Translations under genes and position numbers: made by a program
Shown: positions 47,681 to 56,355 of the stretch, one piece after another
Layout: each line of letters starts with the position of its first letter
How positions within the stretch are numbered: the stretch's first letter is position 1
The notes under the pieces: model-generated
Databases searched by the model: none
Seen by the model: the letters and a program-made list of their open reading frames with translations, nothing else
Told to the model about the DNA's origin: nothing
Assembly (NCBI GenBank): GCA_002309015.1
Contig: DBWM01000010.1
Span: forward strand, 62,501 to 126,500
Length of the DNA: 64,000 bases
DNA from: Myxococcales bacterium UBA1238
GTDB lineage: Bacteria; Myxococcota_A; Bradymonadia; UBA7976; UBA1532
Direction of reading: 5' to 3'

Positions 47681-49660
47681 ATGCGTAAAGCTGTTTTTCT
47701 GTTTGCCGCCCTGTGTCTGGCCGCCTGCCAGGATGAAGAAATCGTCGATCGAGGGGGGATGACGTCGCAAGCCGACTTCAATCTCTCAATGTCCGAGAGG
47801 CTGTCCGTCGATGTAAGCCGTAAAAGCGCCATCAACCCGGGGGATGCGGAGCTTTTGCGCAAGAGCACCCACCGCACCAAGGCGTCCTGTGGCGACGTCA
47901 CGACTGAAGGTCGATGCAATGGCACCACGGCAGAATGGTGCTCGGATGGTGAACTCAAATCATTCGACTGCGGCAACGTCGATATGGGTTGCGGCTACGT
48001 CAACAATGACCTGGGGTATTACTGCACCTGCGACGTATCGACTTACAATGCGGGGTGCATCGGCAGTTTCGCCGTTTGGTGCGAGACGCCTTCTTCGGGG
48101 GGAAACCCAACGCTTGCAATGTATAACTGCTCTGACAATGACCTCACCTGCGGAATCAGTGATGGCTCATTAACCTGCGTAGAATCCTCGGGAGAAGGTT
48201 GCGGCAACGTCACCTACGAGGGGTATTGCGACGGTGATGTGGCTTATTGGTGCAAATATGCGGGGACCGCATCGGAAACCATTGCGCATTACGACTGCTC
48301 CCAGGAGGGTAAAACCTGCGGGCTCACTTCAGATGGCGATTATTACTGCGTAGAACCCTCGGGAGGTGGTTGCGGCAGCGTCACCTACGAGGGGTATTGC
48401 GACGGTAATGTTTTGTATTGGTGCGATAACCCGGGGACCGCATCGGAAACCATTGCGCGTCAGGATTGCTCCGCGAGTGATAAAGTCTGCGGAGATGATG
48501 GTGATGGCAATTATTACTGCAAAGAATCCTCGGGTGGCAATTGCGGCAACATCACATCCCAGGGGACATGCGACGGCGACGTATTGACGTATTGCAATGA
48601 CGGCGAATTAAAGACGATCAACTGCCGTTCTGCCTATGCTGTCGCGGGGAGGCAGACGGAATACACCTGTGATTGGTCCAGCAACTACAACAGTTACTCT
48701 TGCGTCATCGATGATGATACCGGAGCCTCCTGCGGTACAGTCAGTTCTGCTGGACGCTGTGCTGGCAATAACCTCGAATATTGTTACCAGAATACTCTGC
48801 ATCGCCTTTATTGCGCCGAGTTCGGCTACGTTTGCGGCGAGGATGAGGTCAATGGCGGCTATAACTGCATCGAATCCAGCTCTGTAACCGATGGTGGTAC
48901 CGATGGTGGATCTGCGGATTCAGGATTGATCGATAGCGGTACCGACGGTGGATCTACAGATTCAGGCGTAAACGACAGCGGTACCGACGGAGGATCTGCG
49001 GATTCAGGATTGATCGATAGCGGTACCGACGGTGGATCTGCGGATTCAGGCGTCAATCAGGACAGCTCCATCGGTGAGGACAGCGGAAGCAGTGATGGAG
49101 GCAGCGTGGTCACCGATGGTGGAACGTCGGATTCCGGTGGTGGCGACCCTTGTAACGGGGTGTCTTATGAAGGTAAATGCAGTGAAGATGGTCGATCCTA
49201 CAGTTATTGCGAGAATGGTCACCTTTACACCAATCCTTGCCCGGAGGGTAAGATCTGCGGCTTCGTGCAGACCAGCGGCATGTACACCTGTGTAAAGGCT
49301 CAAACCACAGATGCAGGCGAGCCTCAGGACAGTGGAACTGTAACGGATGCAAGTGGTGAAACCACCGATTCCGGCAGTACAACTGTGGATGCAAGCGATG
49401 ATGCAAGCTCATCCCAGGGGGATGCCAGCGAATCCAACGATTCAGGCAACGTAAGCACCCAGGATGCAGCTTCTTCCGATGCCTCCAATGGAAACAATCA
49501 CGGCGGTAATGGCGGATCCAATCAGGGCAGATTGCGCGATGCCGACGTAGATGACTCCTCTACAGTTTCTGCAGCGGGCTGTCACTCCCTGCCTGGGCAT
49601 TCATCCACGCCGTTTTGGGCGCTCATACCCCTGTTGGCATTCTTGCGCCGCCGCCGTTAA
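47681..49660 (+). CDS. Protease-less paralog. Lipoprotein with ~9 tandem 6-Cys modules (CGNVTYEGYCDG.V.YWC...GTASETIA..DCS...K.CG...DG.YYC), Gly/Ser/Asp repeats and a MYXO-CTERM-like tail.
   Basis: 659 aa. Lipobox LCLAACQDEE. The module is the same one found at the C-termini of the three proteases. A 60-nt near-perfect coding tandem repeat lies at ~48893..49062. C-terminus AAGCHSLPGHSSTPFWALIPLLAFLRRRR. Confidence 0.7.
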   Translation: MRKAVFLFAALCLAACQDEEIVDRGGMTSQADFNLSMSERLSVDVSRKSAINPGDAELLRKSTHRTKASCGDVTTEGRCNGTTAEWCSDGELKSFDCGNVDMGCGYVNNDLGYYCTCDVSTYNAGCIGSFAVWCETPSSGGNPTLAMYNCSDNDLTCGISDGSLTCVESSGEGCGNVTYEGYCDGDVAYWCKYAGTASETIAHYDCSQEGKTCGLTSDGDYYCVEPSGGGCGSVTYEGYCDGNVLYWCDNPGTASETIARQDCSASDKVCGDDGDGNYYCKESSGGNCGNITSQGTCDGDVLTYCNDGELKTINCRSAYAVAGRQTEYTCDWSSNYNSYSCVIDDDTGASCGTVSSAGRCAGNNLEYCYQNTLHRLYCAEFGYVCGEDEVNGGYNCIESSSVTDGGTDGGSADSGLIDSGTDGGSTDSGVNDSGTDGGSADSGLIDSGTDGGSADSGVNQDSSIGEDSGSSDGGSVVTDGGTSDSGGGDPCNGVSYEGKCSEDGRSYSYCENGHLYTNPCPEGKICGFVQTSGMYTCVKAQTTDAGEPQDSGTVTDASGETTDSGSTTVDASDDASSSQGDASESNDSGNVSTQDAASSDASNGNNHGGNGGSNQGRLRDADVDDSSTVSAAGCHSLPGHSSTPFWALIPLLAFLRRRR

Positions 49661-49776
49661 TTCCTCTCTCACATCTTTCTCGCCTTCATCCCTCGTTGTC
49701 ATTGCCGCTCATGCCCTGATTTGATACAAGGCGCCGTTTTTTTGATGACCCAGATTCCGCAGGGGTTGAAAAAGCG

Positions 49777-50853
49777 ATGTCGCGTAAAAAGAAGAACGCC
49801 GATCGGTCAGAGAATCGCGGACGTTCTGCAAAGCTGCCTCCGGAGGCACCGAGCGATGATCTTTTTTGGGTGGAAGAGGATGAGCAGGAGGAGGAGACCC
49901 GGCCTCCCAAAGAGGAGCCGCCTCTGTTTGACGCGATCCCCTGGAACGACGATCACGCGGGACCTCTGTGCATCGCCATCGCGGGTGGAAAAGGGGGATC
50001 GGGGCGCAGTCTCCTGACGGCCAACATCGGGCTCTATCTTTCGAGGCTCGGTCGCGACGTGGTGGTGGCCGATTTGGATCCCGGCGGTGCCAATCTCCAC
50101 ACGTATCTGGGGCTTCAGCCGCTTTTGCCGAGCGCCGGTGCCCTGTTGCGCGATCCCGGGCCGCCTTTGGTGGAATCGATCCCCGGGATGACGCTGCGCC
50201 TTTGCCGATCGCCGATGCCGGGTTGTTCGGGGGCCAATGATCCGCTGCGCCTGGCCACGATGGAGACCGCCAAGGGGTTAGGGGCCGACGTGCTTTTGAT
50301 GGATTTGGGCACCCAGCTCGATCCTCTCACGCTGGAGGCGTTTTTGCAGGCCGATGCGGGGGTTGTGGTGGTGGTGCCCGAACCTGCGAGCTTTGAGCGC
50401 GCCTATGTGTTTTTGCGGGCGGCGCTCTATCGAAGGCTGCATCAGGGGGATGACGAACCTGCGGTTGTGGCGCGGGCGCTGCTTGCGGCGGATCAGATGG
50501 GTCAGCTCGATTCTCCGGCGGATCTGATCGCGACGCTGTCGGGCGTTCACGCCAATGCGGCCGAAGCTTTAAGGGCGCGGGTGCTCGCGTTTAACCCCAA
50601 GATTCTGATGAACCGCTGCCGTTCGAGAACCGAACGCGAGATGGAGGCGGGCATGGTGTCGGCGTTAAAACGGCGTTTTGGCATGCTGGCCGAGGGGTTA
50701 GGCGGCGTGGCTCTGGACGATACGGCGATGGAAGCGGCGCGCAGAAGGCGGAATGTGATGCTTGAATATCCGGGATCGAGCCTGGGCAGCGACATTGAGC
50801 GCGTGGCCAGGCGTCTGCTCGCTTCAACCTTTGTGAGGGACGCGCGCGTATGA
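49777..50853 (+). CDS. ParA/MinD-family P-loop ATPase with a charged N-terminal extension and an atypical Walker A (Lys->Arg)
   Basis: 358 aa. CIAIAGGKGGSGRSLLTANIGLYLSRLGRDVVVADLDPGG. The deviant Walker A 'KGG..GK[ST]' reads KGGSGRS here, so the signature Lys is kept and the P-loop Lys is replaced by Arg. Confidence 0.65.
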   Translation: MSRKKKNADRSENRGRSAKLPPEAPSDDLFWVEEDEQEEETRPPKEEPPLFDAIPWNDDHAGPLCIAIAGGKGGSGRSLLTANIGLYLSRLGRDVVVADLDPGGANLHTYLGLQPLLPSAGALLRDPGPPLVESIPGMTLRLCRSPMPGCSGANDPLRLATMETAKGLGADVLLMDLGTQLDPLTLEAFLQADAGVVVVVPEPASFERAYVFLRAALYRRLHQGDDEPAVVARALLAADQMGQLDSPADLIATLSGVHANAAEALRARVLAFNPKILMNRCRSRTEREMEAGMVSALKRRFGMLAEGLGGVALDDTAMEAARRRRNVMLEYPGSSLGSDIERVARRLLASTFVRDARV

Positions 50854-51476
50854 CCGATCCCAAACAGATGAACCTCTATGCGGTCCTCGAAGTCGAACCC
50901 GGGGCCACCGACGACGAGATCCGCCGCGCGCACAAGCGCCTGATACAACTCTTCGATCCCGCAGGGATGGTGGTTTACGGGCTCTATCGTGAAAGCGATG
51001 CCAAACGGTTGCTGGAGCGATTAAAAGAAGCCTACGAGACGCTGATGGATCCCGAGAAGCGGCGCCTTTACGATTTAAACCTCTTCCCCAAGGGACATCC
51101 CAGCCTGCGGCGTGCGGACGAGCGCGTGGCGATGACACCTCCGAGGCGGATGGAGATCGTGGGCGATCCCTTTAAAGCCCTGAATCTTGGGGCTGAAGAC
51201 CTGTTGTCGGGGGATGCCTTAAGGCAACTGCGGGAACTCTGTGGGATCTCCCTGCAAGAGATAGCGGATCGCACCAAGATCAGCCTGTTTGCTCTGCGCA
51301 GCATCGAGAATGAGCAGTTCAGCGACCTGCCTGCGCCCGTCTACCTGACCGGGTTCTTAAAGCAAATCGCGCAGTTTCTGCATATCGATCCCGCGAGGCT
51401 GGTGCACGACTATATGGCGAGGCTCAGCGCCTGGCGCGCATCGGCGCTCCCCGAAGATGAACAGACGAAGGCTTGA
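50850..51476 (+). CDS. J-domain-like plus helix-turn-helix (RodZ/XRE-like) protein, translationally coupled to the upstream ParA-like gene
   Basis: 208 aa. Its start overlaps the upstream stop (ATGA). The N-terminus LYAVLEVEPGATDDEIRRAHKRLIQLFDP...LKEAYETLMDPEKRRLYD aligns to the DnaJ J-domain, but HPD is replaced by FDP. The C-terminus LRQLRELCGISLQEIADRTKISLFALRSIE is an HTH. Confidence 0.6.
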   Translation: MTDPKQMNLYAVLEVEPGATDDEIRRAHKRLIQLFDPAGMVVYGLYRESDAKRLLERLKEAYETLMDPEKRRLYDLNLFPKGHPSLRRADERVAMTPPRRMEIVGDPFKALNLGAEDLLSGDALRQLRELCGISLQEIADRTKISLFALRSIENEQFSDLPAPVYLTGFLKQIAQFLHIDPARLVHDYMARLSAWRASALPEDEQTKA

Positions 51477-51537
51477 CGCATGTAGGATAGTGTTTTAGCG
51501 TGCGTACAGATTTGGCAACAGAGAGGGAGAGCTGCCC

Positions 51538-51807
51538 ATGCCCGTCGACATTAAAACCCCGCAGAAAGCGCAAAGGTTAGCCCGCGTCATCGCCTCCGAT
51601 ATCCTGGGTTACAACGCCAAAGACATCGCAGAGGGCTTAAAGAACGACGATCTCTTCGAACGTCTGGAGCAGGAGATCGTTGAAGCGCGCAAGCAGTATA
51701 ACGAGCGCGTGGACGAATCGATCCGCAATCAATACAACTTCCTCGAAAGAGCTCTGGTCGACGTGCTGATCAACAAGTCGGCCCATTTGCCCACCCGCAT
51801 CTGGTAA
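51538..51807 (+). CDS. Small hypothetical protein (89 aa)
   Basis: A strong SD (gagagggagag) lies 7 nt upstream of the ATG. No recognisable domain. Confidence 0.45.
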   Translation: MPVDIKTPQKAQRLARVIASDILGYNAKDIAEGLKNDDLFERLEQEIVEARKQYNERVDESIRNQYNFLERALVDVLINKSAHLPTRIW

Positions 51808-51817
51808 AGCGTCCGCG

Positions 51818-52837
51818 TTGCGCCTTTTTGTCGTCTCAGAAGATTCCGCAGGGGGCCGTCTGGATCGCTTTTTAGCGACCATGGCCGCCGAAGAAGGCGC
51901 ATCCGCATGGAGCCGAAGCCGCATTGCATCCTGGATTCGGGAAGGTCGGGTCTGCGTTGAAGGGCGTCAGGTATGCAAGCCGAGCGCAGTTGTACTTGAA
52001 GGCCAGCGCATCGAGCTCGACGTCCCACCGCCGCCTCCCATCGATCTCATCCCCGAAGATCTTCAGTTTCAGGTCCTTTATGTGGACGATCATCTGGTGG
52101 TGGTCGACAAGCCGGCCGGTCTGGTGGTTCATCCAGGGGCTGGGCACAGTTCGGGGACGTTGGTGAATGGGTTGCTTGCACGCGTCTCTCTTTCGCCCAT
52201 CGGGCTACCCTTAAGGCCGGGGATCGTGCATCGCATCGACCGTGGAACCTCGGGGATCCTTACGGTAGCGCGGAGTGAGCAGGCGCATCTGGGGCTGGTG
52301 AAGCTGTTTGCAGCGCATGATCTCGACCGCAGATACAGAGCTCTGGTTTGGGATCATCGACTCCCGGATTCGGGTACAGCGAAGACTCCCTACGGCAGGC
52401 ACCCCACGGATCGCGTTAAATTCACGGGACGACTCAAGCTCACCGAAGCAGAAGGCCGCATCGCCGTCACCCACTGGCACGTGATGCAGAGATGTTCTCC
52501 GTTCGCATTGGTGGAGTTCCGCCTTGAGACCGGCAGGACACATCAGATTCGCGTGCATATGAGCGAGCTCGGAAGCCCTTTGGTGGGCGATCCCCTCTAT
52601 GGACAAAAGCGACGGATGGAGGGGCCCCTGCGGCCGTTGGGGTTCGAGCTGGGCCTTGAGCGTCAGGCGCTCCATGCGGGCTACCTGAGTTTCAGGCACC
52701 CGGTGACCGGCGATCTTCTGCGGTTTTCGTCGCCCTGGCCGGAGGATTTAATGAAGGCTTACCGCGCGGTGGGCTTTTCGCCCTTTCAGGATTGGCCTGC
52801 AGCCTGTGCGGAGCTGGCGGAGCCGCAAATCGCGTGA
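51818..52837 (+). CDS. rluD: RluA-family 23S rRNA pseudouridine synthase (RluD-like) with an N-terminal S4 domain
   Basis: 339 aa. S4-like N-terminus (GRLDRFLA...). Catalytic motif VHRIDRGTSGILTVARS (HRLD..TSG). Confidence 0.8.
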   Translation: MRLFVVSEDSAGGRLDRFLATMAAEEGASAWSRSRIASWIREGRVCVEGRQVCKPSAVVLEGQRIELDVPPPPPIDLIPEDLQFQVLYVDDHLVVVDKPAGLVVHPGAGHSSGTLVNGLLARVSLSPIGLPLRPGIVHRIDRGTSGILTVARSEQAHLGLVKLFAAHDLDRRYRALVWDHRLPDSGTAKTPYGRHPTDRVKFTGRLKLTEAEGRIAVTHWHVMQRCSPFALVEFRLETGRTHQIRVHMSELGSPLVGDPLYGQKRRMEGPLRPLGFELGLERQALHAGYLSFRHPVTGDLLRFSSPWPEDLMKAYRAVGFSPFQDWPAACAELAEPQIA

Positions 52838-52975
52838 TGGTGGGCTTTCATCCGACCTCGGTTTGCAGCAAAAACCATTGGGAGGACAACCAGGTTCAGG
52901 TTCTTCACGAGAGCACTTTCATCTTTTCAAAACTGTGATACATTTACGGCGACTTTCATTTTTTGAGCGCGCCAC

Positions 52976-54850
52976 ATGAGCAGCGATTTTCAGTACAAGA
53001 TTAAGCGTCCAGAGCGGGAATATCCGGTCCCCGATGTGGAGCATCTTCGCGAATGGGCTCGTCGGGGCAACGTGGGGCCCAATGACATCATTTATGTGAC
53101 GAGCCTTCAGGCTTATTATCGGGCGATCCAGCTTCAGGAACTGAAGGACATCTTTGCCTCGCAGCCCGTAGCAGAGCCGCAATATCGTTCGATCCATGCG
53201 CCGTTCTACATCAACCAGGCAGGCAAGCAGTCCCCGGTGGAACGCCTCGAAGACCTGCAGGAGATGGCGGCGGCCGGGCGGTTGACCCCCGACGACAGCG
53301 TCTACCATCCGAGCTTTGGGCGATGGCGCAGGGCGCGGGATGTGGCGCAGCTGGCCCCTTATTTTGCACCGCGTTCGGGCGCGCATTCGATCACTCTGCC
53401 GCAGCAGGGGGCACCCCGAAGCAGCATCGACCAGATCAATGCGAACTTGCAGTCGAGGGACTTCAATCGCCCGCCGGGTGCTCACACCAATGGCGCAGCA
53501 CCGGTTCGATCGGCAGAATTCGCAAGGCCGGTAGAGGCGTCTTTGGGGGACGGTGCAGTCGAGAGTGCGGATTCCACGGCGCGAACCGTGATGGACTTCC
53601 AGGCGGCCGATGTGGCGCGCGCATTGCGTCGCTTGCAGGAATCGGGGCAGAAGCCCTCCGGAATGGACGAGGTTCCCCGCGCTTCCATCGACCGGTTGAA
53701 CGACCTGATGCTGAACAAGCTGCGCGATGTATCCGGATCGCCCATCCGCACGCATCAGGGTCCCGATCTGACCATGAAGACCCCACCGCCCACCGGAACG
53801 GCTGCGGGAGCCAAACTGATGGCTGCACCGAAGCTTGGGGGTCAGGGTGCACCTGCGGGGGCAGCGGCCCTGCGTCAGGGTAAACCGCTCCCCACAGTCC
53901 GCAGGCCCACAGCAGAGTTCCTGCAGGCGGGACTCGTTAAGCCGCCCATGAGTGCGTTGGGGTTGACCAATCGCGTCAGTTCCAATGGACCCAGTCGACC
54001 CAGTGTGGTGAGTTCAAGGCCTCAGAACCCCGCTGTGCCCAGCAGTCCGGCCTTTAACCCGGGACTTCCACCTTTGAGCAATGCGAAGAAGTCCCCCTCC
54101 AATGGGCCGGTTATGGTCGAGGCCCCGCAGGAAGCATCTGCGGATGCCCTGGAGACCAGGGTCGATATGAACGCCATGCCCATGCTCATGGGCGAGATGG
54201 TGGCAGCCAAGGCGCGGAACCAGGAGCACGTCCCGGGGGATTCCTCCATCAACTGGGCCGCAGTAGAGACTTCATCCAAGCGACCCTCCCTGCAGGAACG
54301 CATAGCGGCGGCCATCCCCTCACAGGCACCTGCACCTCAACCGAAGTCAACCCCTCCTTTGGTGGAGTTGTCGGAAGTGCAGGTCGAAGCGGATGAGCCC
54401 CTCGATGAGGACGCCCATTTTACCGATACCAACGGCATCTTCAGGCTCTTCTACGACATCGCACGTACGTTCATGGTGACCAAGGAGCTCCGTCCGGGCG
54501 AACAACTGGAGACCGAATGTCGACTCCAGTCTACGGGTGACAGCTTCAAGGGGGTCGATAAGCGCGTCATCTACAAGACCATCGCGCAGAGGATCGACGA
54601 GCATCTGAACGGTCCCTTGTTCGCAGCACCCGTATCACCAGAGAACCAGGCGGGCTTCCGCTTGCTGGTGCATCGAACCCGCGAGTTGCTCGACATCATC
54701 CGTAAGGCCGATGAGGTCATCGGACTGATGCCCCCTGAGCGGGTAGTGATCGGCAATGTGGGGCGTCCCAAGATGCATCCCGACGAAGAGAAGGCCATGT
54801 TGCGCATCGATGCGGCATTGCGCGGGTTGATTGCTGTTCGCGCGCGTTAG
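52976..54850 (+). CDS. Hypothetical protein with two N-terminal GYF-like (DUF4339-type) domains, a long Pro-rich disordered region and a conserved C-terminal domain
   Basis: 624 aa. Two repeats of the pattern '...W..G..GP...e.L..l...G.l..d..V......W...' (YKIKRPEREYPVPDVEHLREWARRGNVGPNDIIYV / YINQAGKQSPVERLEDLQEMAAAGRLTPDDSVYH). Confidence 0.45.
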   Translation: MSSDFQYKIKRPEREYPVPDVEHLREWARRGNVGPNDIIYVTSLQAYYRAIQLQELKDIFASQPVAEPQYRSIHAPFYINQAGKQSPVERLEDLQEMAAAGRLTPDDSVYHPSFGRWRRARDVAQLAPYFAPRSGAHSITLPQQGAPRSSIDQINANLQSRDFNRPPGAHTNGAAPVRSAEFARPVEASLGDGAVESADSTARTVMDFQAADVARALRRLQESGQKPSGMDEVPRASIDRLNDLMLNKLRDVSGSPIRTHQGPDLTMKTPPPTGTAAGAKLMAAPKLGGQGAPAGAAALRQGKPLPTVRRPTAEFLQAGLVKPPMSALGLTNRVSSNGPSRPSVVSSRPQNPAVPSSPAFNPGLPPLSNAKKSPSNGPVMVEAPQEASADALETRVDMNAMPMLMGEMVAAKARNQEHVPGDSSINWAAVETSSKRPSLQERIAAAIPSQAPAPQPKSTPPLVELSEVQVEADEPLDEDAHFTDTNGIFRLFYDIARTFMVTKELRPGEQLETECRLQSTGDSFKGVDKRVIYKTIAQRIDEHLNGPLFAAPVSPENQAGFRLLVHRTRELLDIIRKADEVIGLMPPERVVIGNVGRPKMHPDEEKAMLRIDAALRGLIAVRAR

Positions 54851-54910
54851 GCAGAGCTTTTACAGTTCCCTCCAACCACGCTTTCGTAGGTCGCGCCCAA
54901 CATAGTCGTC

Positions 54911-56122
54911 ATGATCGAATCCTCACCGCCCTCCAACCGAACCTCATCTCCGTACGATCAGCTGCACAGTTCGTTCTTAACGCTCAGGCCGCTGCTGTTA
55001 GCGCAGTTGCAGGCCAATGCGGCCGCACGAGCTCTGGGGCCCATGGTGTATGACTTGTTCGCAGAATGGGCCATGCAGGGCGAGGGGACCGTAGGACTTC
55101 TGCAGGTACAGCGGGTTGCCGAGCGGTATCACCTGCAGGCAGAGTTGAGTGAGCCCTTATTGCCGGTTGGGTTTGCGGGCCAGGATCATTTGCCTCATCT
55201 GCTGGAGATCCTCCTCAGTAAGAAGCCTGCATGGATGGGGTTGTTCCTGGTCGAGGCGCTCTATGCGCAGGGGTTGCTCCAGAGGCTCAGATCCCTTCAT
55301 GAACCCGAGCGGGGGCCCGAGTTGATCAGGGCGGCTCAGACCGTCGTGGCTTGCGAACGTTTGGGGTCCTATGCGCTCTATCGCTTTATGGATGTGGTGT
55401 GTGCGCCCCGCGAGGCGATCGCCTTCTGGAGGGCGTGGCGTGAGGCCTGGGGGTCGCAGGATCCGCCCCGAAGGGACGTTTCGTTCTGTAAACTCCTGTC
55501 GCGCGAACTGAAGAACTTAATCGAGCTCTGGGGATTTGATGAGCCTGTAAGGCAGACTTCAGAGGCGGGACCAGGGGAGAGCATCGTCGGGATGAGCGGC
55601 CTGCTGGGGAGCATGGAGGTCAGCCAGGCATCGATCCCCGTGACCGAGACCGGCATCTTCAGGGCCTTTTGCAGCGCACCGACCACAGAAACGGGATCCT
55701 TTGCAGGGATCACCGATGCCATCAGGGCGCAGATGGCAAAGAAAGAATCGGAGTCCGACTTCGCGTCCGTTGTAGTGACACCGCCACCGCCGCCACAACC
55801 ATTTACCCCCGCGATGGAGGCCGCCTTAAAGCAAACGGCGAGAGAGAGAGAGCGGATCGATGCCCAGGCTCGCGAGCATCAGCGACCGAGGCCGGTTTCA
55901 CAAAAGAAGGCTTCAGCCAAACCGCAGAGGATCCCCGTCAAAAAGGACTGGCGGATCCCCGGTGCCCGTGGACTTTCGTGGTTGGTGTGGGGATTCTGTG
56001 CCCTCTGGGCGGGGTACGGCATCTTCAAGGGGATCAGCGGGCAGGCCGACATCTGGACGGGCGTCGGCCTTTTCGCGGCCGGTGGAGCCCTTTGGGCGAT
56101 CTTCGAGTCGTCGGCAAGATAG
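54911..56122 (+). CDS. Hypothetical protein with a C-terminal 2-TM anchor
   Basis: 403 aa. C-terminus GLSWLVWGFCALWAGYGIFKGISGQADIWTGVGLFAAGGALWAIF. No recognised domain. Confidence 0.4.
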   Translation: MIESSPPSNRTSSPYDQLHSSFLTLRPLLLAQLQANAAARALGPMVYDLFAEWAMQGEGTVGLLQVQRVAERYHLQAELSEPLLPVGFAGQDHLPHLLEILLSKKPAWMGLFLVEALYAQGLLQRLRSLHEPERGPELIRAAQTVVACERLGSYALYRFMDVVCAPREAIAFWRAWREAWGSQDPPRRDVSFCKLLSRELKNLIELWGFDEPVRQTSEAGPGESIVGMSGLLGSMEVSQASIPVTETGIFRAFCSAPTTETGSFAGITDAIRAQMAKKESESDFASVVVTPPPPPQPFTPAMEAALKQTARERERIDAQAREHQRPRPVSQKKASAKPQRIPVKKDWRIPGARGLSWLVWGFCALWAGYGIFKGISGQADIWTGVGLFAAGGALWAIFESSAR

Positions 56123-56300
56123 ATCGGGTTCGCTTGCAGGGCGGATCGGGTTCGCTGTCAGGGTAGCTCAGGCTCGCTTGCAGGGCGGATCAGGTTCGCT
56201 GTCAGGGCAGCTCAGATTCGCTGGCAGTGTAGAGCGGGTTCGCTGGAGGGGCAGATGAGGTTCGCTGGCGGGGCAGAGGATCGTCGGCAGGCAGGCTGAT
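56121..56300. repeat. Degenerate ~22-bp tandem repeat, ~8 copies (ggttcgctg.cagggcag..ca), starting at the stop codon of the upstream gene
   Basis: Units: atcgggttcgcttgcagggcgg / atcgggttcgctgtcagggtagctc / aggctcgcttgcagggcgg / atcaggttcgctgtcagggcagctc / agattcgctggcagtgtagagc / gggttcgctggaggggcagatg / aggttcgctggcggggcagagg. Confidence 0.7.
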
Positions 56301-56355
56301 CGGAGGCGTAAGGAGGGGAGATGAGAGTCGCTGGCGTTGGCGGGCATCTACGCCG

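Noticed and set aside
55860-56258. 132-aa plus-strand ORF
   Set aside because: It overlaps the 3' end of gene 54911..56122 in another frame and then reads through the 22-bp tandem repeat (repeated GGSGSLSG). Artefact.
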